Assembly: GCA_964016885.1 (NCBI GenBank)
Contig: OZ024743.1
Location: 224,316,001 to 224,380,000 of the forward strand
Length of the DNA stretch: 64,000 nt
Reading direction: 5' to 3'
From: Eledone cirrhosa
Taxonomy: Eukaryota
Positions 1-11,446 of the stretch are shown piece after piece. Under the pieces are notes generated by a model, which did not search any database, was not told the origin of the DNA, and saw only the letters and a list, made by a program, of their open reading frames with translations. Numbering within the stretch: position 1 is the stretch's first letter; the number at the start of each line of letters is the position of its first letter. Both the position numbers and the translations under genes were made by a program.

Positions 1-51
1 GTATATATATATATATATACATATGTGAGTGTATATATATATATATATATG

Positions 52-201
<150 letters not shown>

Positions 202-308
202 TGTGTGTGTATATATATATGTGTGTATATATATATGTGTATCCACTGAATTATTTTTGTATAAGTTCCCTGTGTCCACGCATAGCCAGGTATGTTAGCT
301 GAGAACAG

Positions 309-391
309 ACTTCCTGATGACGAAACGGCTTCTCCATGCTTTCCATTTGGAAACCATGTTTATTCCCTTTCGGAAACTAATTAGTTGGAGT
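309..391 (+). ncRNA. Type I hammerhead ribozyme (long stem II loop)
   Basis: acttc-CTGATGA-cgaaa...tttcg-GAAA-ctaattag-TT-ggagt. Confidence 0.7.
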
Positions 392-454
392 AAAATTTTA
401 GTAAATAAATTTTTATAATTTTCTTATTTTACGTCATTTTTATATATATATATA

Positions 455-3031
455 TATAAAGAAAAAGAGATGTAATCGAAAATGCAACTGAAGTCTTATT
501 TAAAAAAAATATATATATATTTATTTGGTTCCTTTACCGGTTTCGCAGTTCTTCTGCTTTTCAAAAGGTGAGTTGAGATGGAGGGTCTGTGGTTTTTCTC
601 ACATCTGGTTGGTCTCTGAATGTTACTTGTTTTATATGGAAAAAGTGGCTCGAAATTCCAGGTCTTTCGAGAAGTAATTTGATTGGTTTGTCAATAATTA
701 TAATAAATTTCGCGCCAGTTCGCGTTACAATAGTTCTTCAAATAAGAGAGGGGGGGGGGGTTGTCACAGGTTGTTTTTTCATATATGAGTGTTTGAATTT
801 CTTTTTACTTGAAAAAAGGAGGCTCACGAAGGCTTTTTTGGGGTTGGTTATAAATGAAATTTGGCTGTCACGTGAACAAGTTTTTATTACATTTTTGCGC
901 CCTTATTTGGAAAACTATTCTGTAGTCTTTATAGTGAATGTTATGACAATGGAGAGATAGTGGTCAAGAGAAAAGGGATTGGGAGAAATGTTCTGGTTCA
1001 GTGAATATGGCCAGCTCACCTGGGTGTCAGAGTTCAGATTTTGTATTGAGACTGAAGATATGTATGTTTATTTGTGTGCTTGTGTGTGTGTATGTGTGTA
1101 TTGGAAGATGATTCTATTAGTAGAGATGGGGGAGGGAGTTGTGTGTGTGTGTATATGGGTGTTATGTGTGTGCGAGTATGTTAAGATGGAGAGAATATAT
1201 ATTTTGTGTGTGTGTATATATATATATGTGTGTAGGAAAGTGGTTCTATTAGTAGAAATGGGGAGGGAGTTGTTATGTGTGTGTATGGGTGTTATGTGTG
1301 TGGGAGTATGGTTAGCATGTTAAGATGAAGAGAATATATATACATATATATTGTGTGTGTGTGTATGTGTGTGTGTAGGAAAGTGATTCCTTTAGTAGGA
1401 ATATTTTTGAATGAACATATTTTCCTTACTTTTTCATGTTTGCTGTTGTATTGCCAGTGCAAACGTATGTTAAGGTTTATTTAGTTCGGGTTTTTATTTT
1501 CTAAAGTAGAAGGTGTTATGTGTGTGTGTGTATGTCATATTGTGGTGTTGACATAATGTATATTAAACCTTATTTAATGTTGGTCTATATTTTTGAATAA
1601 ACATATTTTCCTTATTTATTCGCATTTGTTCTGTTGTATTGTTAGCGCAAAGGTAAAATGGGAAGACTTGGAATTTGGGTGTCTTATTACTTGCGCAAAT
1701 GTCTAGATGTGCACTTAGTGGTATCTGTCTCGTGGTTGGATCTCGTAATTACGAGATCCAACCACGAGACAGATACCACTAAGTGCACATCTAGACATTT
1801 GCGCAAGTAATAAGACACCCAAATTCCAAGTCTTCCCATTTTACCTTTGCGCTAACAATACAACAGAACAAATGCGAATAAATAAGGAAAATATGTTTAT
1901 TCAAAAATATAGACCAACATTAAATAAGGTTTAATATACATTATGTCAACACCACAATATGACATACACACACACACATAACACCTTCTACTTTAGAAAA
2001 TAAAAACCCGAACTAAATAAACCTTAACATACGTTTGCACTGGCAATACAACAGCAAACACGAAAAAGTAAGGAAAATATGTTCATTCAAAAATATTCCT
2101 ACTAAAGGAATCACTTTCCTACACACACACACAATATATATGTATATATATTCTCTTCATCTTAACATGCTAACCATACTCCCACACACATAACACCCAT
2201 ACACACACATAACAACTCCCTCCCCATTTCTACTAATAGAACCACTTTCCTACACACATATATATATATACACACACACAAAATATATATTCTCTCCATC
2301 TTAACATACTCGCACACACATAACACCCATATACACACACACACAACTCCCTCCCCCATCTCTACTAATAGAATCATCTTCCAATACACACATACACACA
2401 CACAAGCACACAAATAAACATACATATCTTCAGTCTCAATACAAAATCTGAACTCTGACACCCAGGTGAGCTGGCCATATTCACTGAACCAGAACATTTC
2501 TCCCAATCCCTTTTCTCTTGACCACTATCTCTCCATTGTCATAACATTCACTATAAAGACTACAGAATAGTTTTCCAAATAAGGGCGCAAAAATGTAATA
2601 AAAACTTGTTCACGTGACAGCCAAATTTCATTTATAACCAACCCCAAAAAAGCCTTCGTGAGCCTCCTTTTTTCAAGTAAAAAGAAATTCAAACACTCAT
2701 ATATGAAAAAACAACCTGTGACAACCCCCCCCCCCCTCTCTTATTTGAAGAACTATTGTAACGCGAACTGGCGCGAAATTTATTATAATTATTGACAAAC
2801 CAATCAAATTACTTCTCGAAAAACCTGGAATTTCGAGCCACTTTTTCCATATAAAACAAGTAACATTCAGAGACCAACCAGATGTGAGAAAAACCACAGA
2901 CCCTCCATCTCAACTCACCTTTTGGAAAGCAGAAGAACTGCGAAACCGGTAAAGGAACCAAATAAATATATATATTTTTTTTAAAAATAAGACTTCAGTT
3001 GCATTTTCGATTACATCTCTTTTTCTTTATA
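455..3031. repeat. About 2.6 kb spacerless palindrome (about 1.29 kb arms, centre 1748/1749), Penelope-like pLTR-type sequence at outer ends
   Basis: gatctcgtaa|ttacgagatc at centre; mirror ORFs 979..1323(+) and 2162..2506(-) identical; arms differ by a few substitutions and microsatellite lengths. Confidence 0.95.
531..568 (-). ncRNA. Minimal type I hammerhead, U3-A8 variant
   Basis: cctt-TTGAAAA-gcag aagaa ctgc-GAAA-ccgg-TA-aagg on minus strand. Confidence 0.72.
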
Positions 3032-3111
3032 CTTTCACTCGTGTAGGACACCTCGGTTATTTTTCATTTTGTAAAAAAAAACCTCACTTTCTAATATATA
3101 TATATATATAT

Positions 3112-3399
3112 AGAAAAAGAGATGAAATTGAAAATGCAACTGGAGTCTTATTTTTAAAAAAAATATATATATTTATTTGGTTCCTTTACCGGTTTCGCAG
3201 TTCTTCTGCTTTTCAAAAGCTGAGTTGAGATGGAGGGTCTGTGGTTTTTCTCACATGTGAGAAAAACCACAGACCCTCCATCTCAACTCACCTTTTGAAA
3301 AGCAGAAGAACTGCGAAACCGGTAAAGGAACCAAATAAATATATATATTTTTTTAAAAAATAAGACTCCAGTTGCATTTTCGATTTCATCTCTTTTTCT
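3112..3399. repeat. About 290 bp spacerless palindrome of the same family
   Basis: Centre tcaca|tgtga at 3255/3256; arms match the outer ends of the large palindrome. Confidence 0.92.
3291..3328 (+). ncRNA. Minimal type I hammerhead, U3-A8 variant
   Basis: cctt-TTGAAAA-gcag aagaa ctgc-GAAA-ccgg-TA-aagg; mutated copies at about 2918-2955(+), 3183-3220(-), 4962-4999(-). Confidence 0.75.
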
Positions 3400-3517
3400 T
3401 TATACTTTCACTCGTGTAGGACACCTCGGTTATTTTCCATTTTGAAAAAAAAACCTCACTTTCTAATATATATATATAGTGACGAAGTCAATTGCATGAA
3501 TTCATAATCCTTTATTT

Positions 3518-3573
3518 ACTGCTATATATATTTCGATGATAGCCATTGAATGGCTATGACCTCATCAGGCAGT
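3518..3573 (-). ncRNA. Type I hammerhead ribozyme (canonical core)
   Basis: actgc-CTGATGA-ggtcatagccat tca atggctatcatc-GAAA-tatata-TA-gcagt on minus strand. Confidence 0.78.
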
Positions 3574-4839
3574 TAGTCAGTTCTTAGATATGCCAGCTCT
3601 GTGTTTATAGTGTTGATGGTATCAGAGCTTTGGGACATATGAGCTTGTTAGGAATAATTTAATGTTGTCAGCAGGAATAGTCTTAATTCTCATTGGTCAG
3701 TTTGTAGATGGTAGTAGGGTTGGTATTTGACCTCAAAGAGGCAGGTGGTGTTGTAAAGTTCAAACCATCAGGCAAGATGACAATAGTTCCATATGACTGA
3801 TTTTCACAAAAAGCATTCCTGGTCAGATATATATTCTATTAAGGTTAATAGTATGAAATAGAAGCTACAGGTCATTCTTAAATTGAGGAATTTATGTGGA
3901 GTGGTGCTACTGAAAATTATGGTTAGAGTAGAAAATTTACAAATAAAAAGACTTATGTAGATTGGCTTGCACGTACTCACACCCACCTCCACACACACAC
4001 ACACACATACAAATTGAGGAATTAATGTGGGGTGGTAATACTTAAAATAATGGTTAGAGTCAAATACTTAGATAGTTTAGAAAATTTAGAAATAAAAGGC
4101 TTGTTGGTTGACTTGTACATACACTCACACCTACCCCACACATCTACACACACAAATCCATACAGGTGTGTATATATATATATATGTACGCACAAGTATA
4201 TATATATATATATATATATAAAATACATATATATACATAAAATACATATATATATAAAACACATATATATATATAAAATATATACATATATATATAAAAT
4301 ACACACACATACACATAAAATATATATATATATACATATAATATATATATAAAATCAGGTTCAATAAAACGTGGTTTTGATGACTCCTAACCAGTAGAGG
4401 ATCCGGTGGACCATCCACCATATGGACCACAAACTATGGGTGGTTGTTGTATATATATATATGTGTGTGTGTATATATATATATATACATGTGTGTGTGT
4501 GTATATATATATATATATAATAGTAATAATAATAAATTTGAAGACTAAAATCCAAAGAGGGCTCGATAAGGATAAAAATATATCAAATATATAAGAACCA
4601 TAGAGCAAATATTTATTAAAATAACAGATTAAAGTTTAAGCAAAGAATTGCCCCTTTCACTCTTAACGGGATCTTCTGAAACTAAAAAAGTCAATCTGTG
4701 AACGCAGAAGTAAATATTTCAAAAAACGTTGCAACCGGAGGAAGACAGGAAAATGATACTTTGGTTCGTGGAAACGTTCCCTGGCAAAGAACGGGAAAAA
4801 AACGAAGATAATACGTCATTATTTGGAGCGGTGAAATAC

Positions 4840-5072
4840 AATTGGTTTTTTTACAAAATGAAAAAAAACGAGGTGTCCTACACGAGTGAAAGTATATTGA
4901 AAAAAGATGAAATCGAAAATGCAACTGGAGTCTTTTTTTTATTAAATATATTTATTTAGTTCCTTTCCCGGTTTCGCAGTTCTTGTGCTTTTCAAAAGTA
5001 GAATTGAGATGGAGGGTTTGTGGTTTTTCTCACATTTGAGAAAAACCACAAACCCTCCATCTCAATTCTACT
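4840..5072. repeat. Third copy of the palindrome family, right arm truncated by a LINE
   Basis: gagggtttgtggtttttctcaca|tttgagaaaaaccacaaaccctc; right arm runs into LINE RT at tttgacaag. Confidence 0.85.
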
Positions 5073-6300
5073 TTGACAAGGTCAACCACAGAATGATATG
5101 TCACAAATTACACAGACTCGGCATAATTGGAAAAGTAGGTGAGTGGCTGCATGACTTCTTAAAGGACAGAAGCCAGACAGTTGTAGCAAACGGGGCCCTC
5201 TCAAAGAAAACATCAATAACAAGTGTGTGGGCGTGGGGGGGTGGGGCAAGGCACAGTCCCGCGACCACTACTGTTTTTGGTGGCTCTCTCAGACATGCCC
5301 TCTGTAGTACATACAACATCCCTCACTAGCTATGCTGATGACACTAAGGTAGCACAGGCAATCAAAAACCCGGCTGATGCTGCTCTTTTACAACAAGATC
5401 TGGATGCCATATACAAATGGGCTGAAGACAACAACATGCAGTTTAATGCTGCAAAATTTCCAGCCTTACAATACCAACCTGCAAACACAAATACAGTACA
5501 ACACAGTTACACTGGATCAGAAGGGACCGAAATTCCCATGTCGAAATCAATACAAGACCTGGGGATAGACATGAGCGACGATGCATCTTTTTCCTCACAC
5601 ATCATGAAAGTGGCGACAATGTGCAGACGATTCGCTGGCTGGATCTTGAGGACTTTCCGGATAAGAGACCGAGAGACCATGTTGACACTATGGACAACAT
5701 TTGTCCTAAGCCACCTGGACTATTGTTCCCAACTGTTGTCACCCCATAGTGTCAAACTAACCACGGAGCTTGAGGCAGTCCAATGAAGCTACACCAAGAG
5801 GATTGCGACAATGAAGGAGATAAGCTACTGGGAGGGGCTAAAAGAATTGAACCTCTACTCCTTCGAACGAAGACGGGAGAGATACGCAGTGATATACATA
5901 TGGAAAATCCTGGAGGGACTAGCACCAAACTTTGGCATTGGGAGCTGGACCAACTCTCGAACAGGACGTCACTGTGTGGTGCCAAAGGTCCCGTCTTCCA
6001 CGTCTAAATAAGGAGCAGATATTGCAATATCCTGGGGCTCAAGGGCCCTCAACTCTTCAACAAGCTGCCGAGGGATCTAAAAGATCTGCATGGTGTGGAT
6101 GTGGATGTTTTCAAGAAACATCTCGACACCTTGCTATCCAGGATCCCGGATGAGCCCACAGTAAGGCACGAAGGAAACTTAAGGGCAGCAGCAACGAACT
6201 CCCTCTTGCACCAGTGGCCAACCAATACAGGCTGGAGATAAAATGTGTAGCAACAAGGGCGGTGCCCCAGCATGGCCTCAGCCAGATGGCTGGAACAGGT
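5072..6300 (+). mobile_element. 5'-truncated, frameshifted CR1-group LINE (RT and 3' end)
   Basis: FDKVNH, QGTV..PLLFL, YADDTK, LQQDLDAIYKWAEDNNMQFN, ERRRERY; same clade as the 41.6-46.1 kb element. Confidence 0.88.
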
Positions 6301-6359
6301 AAAATAGTAAAAGAGAATAGATATATATATATACACATATATGTATATATATATATATA

Positions 6360-6940
6360 CTACCTAGTTGTAGACTGATTAACCCGGCTAAATCCGAAGT
6401 TGGCCTTGCAGGTAAAAAAATCTTAAGAAAAATAATTCTCCAAATTAGAACTAACACTGACCTATCACAGTGGCTAAATACTTCCTCTGTTATTTCTTGG
6501 TTTAATAATATACAAGGTAAAAATAAGTGTAGATTTACCCAAATATTGTTGATTTTTACCCCTCTATTACTGTTTCCTTATTAACTAATGCCTTAGATTT
6601 TGCAAGACCCTTCATTAATATTTCTAAATTAGAAGAAGACATCTTTCATGCTAGAAAAACTTTACTCTTTACTAATGAAAATATTTGGGTTAAAAAGTCA
6701 AATCCTGAAAACTCTTTTGATGTTGCAATGGGTTCATATGACAGTGCGGATGTGTGTGACTTAGTAGGATTATTCCTTCTCCACACCCTCAAAGAGAAAT
6801 TTCCTTCCCATAATATCGGTTTATACCATGATAATGGATTGGCAGTTTCTCATACCACCAACGGCCATAACCTTGATAAGAAAAATAAAAAAAAAATAAG
6901 AAAAAAGGTTTTTTAAGAATCCAATTCAATAAATAGACCA
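6360..6940 (+). mobile_element. Degraded Penelope-like reverse transcriptase fragment
   Basis: RLINPAKSEVG, FDVAMGSYDSADVCDLVGLFLL, GLYHDNGLA (decayed GLYRDDGL); a degenerate CTGATGA..GAAA motif lies downstream at 7444-7489. Confidence 0.75.
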
Positions 6941-7101
6941 GGATTTTTTCATTCTGATGATTGAAAGCAAAATTTTTTGCTTTTAAGAAACCACTGGTAA
7001 ATGGAATAATTGCCTTATGTTGTTTATTACATAACTATTAAGCTCTGTTACCTACATAGAGCACTCTTTTTTCCTGGACTTTTTCGACGGAATTACTTCA
7101 C

Positions 7102-7133
<32 letters not shown>

Positions 7134-7532
7134 GTGTATACACACCATCATCATCATTTTACATCCACTTTTCCCTGCTTGCAAGGGTTGGTCATTTTTT
7201 CATGAAAGCACCTGAGAAACCTCCTATGAGATTGCAACCTCGTAGGAAGCCAGCTAAACCTCCATAGTTGTAAACTGTAACAACACCACCACACAGGTAC
7301 ATATATATCTTAATTAATTACCAATATGAGTGCTAATTTATGCAAATTTGTACATCCATTTCAGAATAATACTAAGAGCAAGTCGGTATATAAGCCCCTC
7401 AAAAGAAATAACATGCTTCCTTGTGGTTGTTTGGATGATATACACACCTGATGATGGCAGAGTTAGGTCTGAAAATTGATTAAATGTGTTCATAAATTTT
7501 TCAATTTACAGGGAAATACCTACATATCTATA

Positions 7533-8394
7533 TCTCTCTCTCTATATATATATAACTGAGGATGTCTGTCTGTGTGTGTGTGAGTTTGAATCCCTAAAAC
7601 TCGAGAACCACCCAACGTCTGTTTTCAAACTTTACACATGTAATACTTATGTTTCAGGGAATGTTCTGAGCAAAGAAAGATTTCAAATTTTCAATGCCTT
7701 AGGGACCGCATTAGGCGATGTAGGGATCTCTCTCTATAATTCTTAGTCTTTCTCTTTTTAGATAGATACATACATATAACGTCGCACCCTTATAATATCT
7801 GTCTGTATGTCTGACTGTCTGCATTACGTACCTTCCCTCAGGATGTGTGTGTGCCTGTGAGTTTGAATCCCTAAAAATCGAGAAGTACCCAACCGATTTT
7901 TTTCAAACTTTACATGTGTATTACTTTTGTTTCAGGGAGTGTTATACACATAAAAAATTCAACTTTTTGATCTCCTAGGGCCCGCATTAGGTTAAAAACT
8001 GCGTTTTTTCAGGTTTTTAGGTGTTACGTCAGACCGATTTCAATGAAATTGTAACTATGTATTAGTCAGTCTCTTCTTCATACCGTGAGCAAAGAAAATC
8101 CAACTATTTTATGGCCTACCTAGGTCCCGTATTAGGTGAAAAATTTCATTTTTTCAGCTTTTTAGTGCTCTTTTGAGCCGATTTTCCCGAAATTTCAAGG
8201 CATATTATGCACATAAAAAAAAATTATTTTCTTGATCCCCTAGGACCCGCAGTAGGTGAAAACCTGCATTTTTCTTGCTTCATCGAGGAAAATCTCAAAG
8301 ATTATCCAGGCATGCAGTTTTTCCACGATTAGGTCTGTTGGCGGCCCGCGTTCCAAAATACCTTATCCCGTGCAACGCCAGGTACCACTGCTAG
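7533..8394 (+). mobile_element. Non-autonomous Helitron
   Basis: 5' TC..tatatatataa, internal repeats, 3' cccgtgcaacgccagg hairpin then CTAG|T. Confidence 0.65.
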
Positions 8395-8395
8395 T

Positions 8396-8660
8396 TAATA
8401 AAATAATAATGAAATTATTGTGTACAGTGCTCAGGTGCACTACAACTCATCAAAGGTACATGTATAGTACATAGAATAATATACAAATGTCAGGGAAGTG
8501 AATAGTGTATGAGTCATGATATACATGTGTGAGTGTGTATGGAGGGGGAATATTAGGTGTAGTGTTGGCGAATCTCAGGAAGCATGGAGGTTTTAAAGGA
8601 TTCAGTGTCTCGACAGCTAATAACTGATGCAGGTAGTTTGTTCCATGCTTCAGCAACTCT
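8396..8660 (-). repeat. Dispersed retroposon-like repeat with (TTA)n tail
   Basis: Homologous copies in opposite orientation at about 39340-39478 and 53165-53270. Confidence 0.6.
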
Positions 8661-8959
8661 GAGCGTGAAAATATGTGTATATTTATATACACATTGGTGC
8701 AGTCTCGGTTACCCACTCTGTATGTATAGATATAATTTTATCATAAACTTCAGCTGCTAGCACATGTCTCAATATATATATAAACATGTAGACAAATGTG
8801 TGTGTGAATGTATGTATATTTAATTGTGTATTAGAGACTCCCACAAGCCTGATGTTTCAATTTGAATATTTGCAGCCATAAAAAAGACTAATCCGAATAG
8901 TTAGAGGGAAATAGCTCAGATTCGAATAAACATATAAACTTTATTATGTGTATTAAGTA

Positions 8960-9340
8960 CTTTTTCCCCTCTTTCTAAATTCAAATGCAGTTGGCAATTC
9001 TAAGCTTGATAATTCTGTCATTTACTCTAACTACCTCTATCATCTTATCTATCCATTTCTCAGTGAATAGAAAGCCTACACCACGTACCCCATCATTTCT
9101 TACCCAGAAAAAAATTGTATCTATGTTGTTTGCTTGTTTGCCTGTGAGTAGTCTTGCTGAAGTATCCCTTCATCTCACCTCTTGTACACAGAATACATCC
9201 ACGTGTCTCCTTTCTAACAGCTCCACTATTTCACCTGATTTACCTTTCAGTATGCCAAAATTGAGAGTGACAGTAGTCAGATCCTTGAGTAACAGTACTT
9301 TGTACCTCGAAGGGAAAAAGGCTGTAACTCATAGTGAAGG
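8960..9340 (-). mobile_element. RTE LINE endonuclease fragment
   Basis: Minus strand ERRHVDVFCVQEVR.RD, homologous to 9700-9900. Confidence 0.65.
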
Positions 9341-9689
9341 CAACCTATTAGGAGAGTAGACACTGAATAAAAACTAATATAGGGTGGAGAGACCTCTTGA
9401 GTTCAGTAAAACAACTTTTCTTGTGCTGGCAGCATAAATAAAGCACCCAGCTTTATGTAAAGTGGTTGGTGTTGAAGAGCATCCAGCCAGAAAAAACCCT
9501 CCCAAAATTATGGAAAGCCCCACTCATAAGATTCACACTAATTGCTTTTACAGGACTAACACTAGTCATGTTAGTGCTGTGCACAGTAGTAGAATGGCTA
9601 GAGTAGCCATGTGCAACAACCCCTCAACTGTCATCAAGCAATCACACAGCCTTTTTTTCTTCCAGTTACAAAGAACTGCTATCTAAGGA

Positions 9690-11170
9690 ACTAACCACTG
9701 TCAAGATACAAAACTTAGGACAGCCTTCCTCAATGTTGGCACCCTGAAAAGTAAATCAGCTGAAATAAAGGAACTGTTAGAGAGAAGGGAAGTGGATATA
9801 TGCTGTGTACAAGAGGTGAGATGGAGGGGTGCCTCAGCGTGACTACTGACAGGCAAACAACTTAGATACAAACTTTTTGAGGTAGGTGATGTAGGCATTC
9901 TATTCACTGTGCCGCATCCTCGTCAGCAGGGTTCTTCAAAACACGTGAGGCCACCTGTGAGACGTGGGACCGGCTGGGACTTAACCCAGTAGACGTCACT
10001 CCTCCTTCTCCCCCTGTTGACGTCAAGTCCCCCCAACACACTTGGGATGCCATTCAGTGCAGCCTGGCCTCAGACAGGCTCACGCGCCAGCTCGACCAGC
10101 ACCGCCTTGCTTGTTTTTGTGCGGCCTCCATCTCCACTAGCACGCAGCTAGACAACCATAGCCTGTGAACCGGCGTTTCCCTGAGGCTCGGCCTCCGGAT
10201 CTGCCAGCCACACCAATGTCGCTGCGGTTCCACCGTGGACTCTTTCAGCCTCCACCCGCTTTCCTGTCGCCACAGTGCTGGCCGCATTCCACGCCAGGCT
10301 TCCTTTCCCAGCTCGAGCCGGTGGGGCTGGATCGATGGGACAGCAAAAGGCCAGATGGCAAGACCATCTTCCCATTCCGCGGTGGAATACCCCTCATCTG
10401 GGATGCCACTTGCACCGACACTTTCTGCAGTCTGCGACTGACCCAGGTTCGGCTGCACGTCGGGTTGAGGGGGCCAAACTCCTCAAATACCGGTCGCTCT
10501 CCGACAGGTTTGCGGTCGTTCCCCCGGCAGTGGAGACTTCTGGTGTCCTCGGCCCCAGGGCTACCTCCTTACTCACCATAATAGGCGCTGAGCTGGCCAG
10601 CCGCAGGTGTGCCCCGCAAGTTGGAGTGGCTTTTCCAGCGCGTCTCCCTTGCCGTCCTCCGGGGAAACACCTTCCCCATTCTGTCCGCCGGGGCTGTGGG
10701 TGGGCCCCATTGCGTACCAATATATTAGTTAAATACCATTCTTTCATCTGATACAACACAAAAACTAAAGTGTTTAAAAAAAAAAAAAAAAAAAAGGGGA
10801 TAGAGGTAGTAATAAAACCATCAAGCTTAGAATAGCTGTAAAAAATAAAATGGCGTAATTATCTATGTACTACAGGCAGGACAGTAAAGAAACAAAAGGA
10901 TTAGTTCTATGAGGAACTTTTACAGACAACCTCAGTTACTGATGACTTCAATGCACATGTTGGACAGTACCAGGATGGATTCACTAGAGTTCAAGGTGGC
11001 TATGGTTATGACTCAAGAAATCCAATCAAGTGGACAAAAATAACCCATTGATTTCTTACTTGTCAGACGAGATAGGCAAACAGTAATAAATGCTAAGACC
11101 TTCCCTGGGAAAGAATGTGCCACCCTAACAGAAGTTAGTTATTAGTGATATCACAATAAACACAAGACAG
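9690..11170 (+). mobile_element. Degraded RTE LINE endonuclease region interrupted by a CRE element
   Basis: NVGTLKSKSAEIKELLERREVDICCVQEVRWRG, resuming after 10796 with DFNAHVG and IDF motifs. Confidence 0.7.
9909..10796 (+). mobile_element. 5'-truncated CRE-clade (restriction-like endonuclease) LINE with poly(A) tail
   Basis: GC-rich; [21 protein letters not shown]...[32 protein letters not shown]; A-run 10776-10796. Confidence 0.78.
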
Positions 11171-11397
11171 AACCACTTTACTATGTGTACTGGATGTGAT
11201 TTATTGAGGAACCTGCACTGCCACTTTACAGAGTATACTGGGTGCATTTTATTGTAGTGCCAGTACAACCACTTTACAGAGTGTACTGGGTGCACTTTAT
11301 TATGGTACCAACACTATCACTTTACAGAGTGTACTGGGTGCATTTTATTGTGATACCAACACTACCACTTTACAGAGTGTAGTGGGTGTATTTTATC
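11170..11397. repeat. About 47-bp tandem repeat (about 5 copies) derived from RTE/SINE 3' tail
   Basis: Repeated ccactttacagagtgtactgggtgcattttat. Confidence 0.75.
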
Positions 11398-11440
11398 AAT
11401 AATAATTACAAACAAACTTTTCTCTTTTTAAAAACATTTC

Positions 11441-11446
11441 TTTATT
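11441..11446 (-). terminator. Possible poly(A) signal of the VEGFR-like transcript (would imply about 5.4 kb 3' UTR)
   Basis: AATAAA on minus strand followed by GT-rich gtttgtttgt, at the edge of a repeat-poor AT-rich stretch; not unique. Confidence 0.3.

Noticed and set aside
589-2897. Mirror ORF pairs in the palindrome as genes
   Set aside because: No recognisable motifs, microsatellite-rich, and one mirror copy is frameshifted.
7444-7489. Additional hammerhead (CTGATGA...GAAA)
   Set aside because: Stem III and cleavage junction do not register with stem I; likely decayed.
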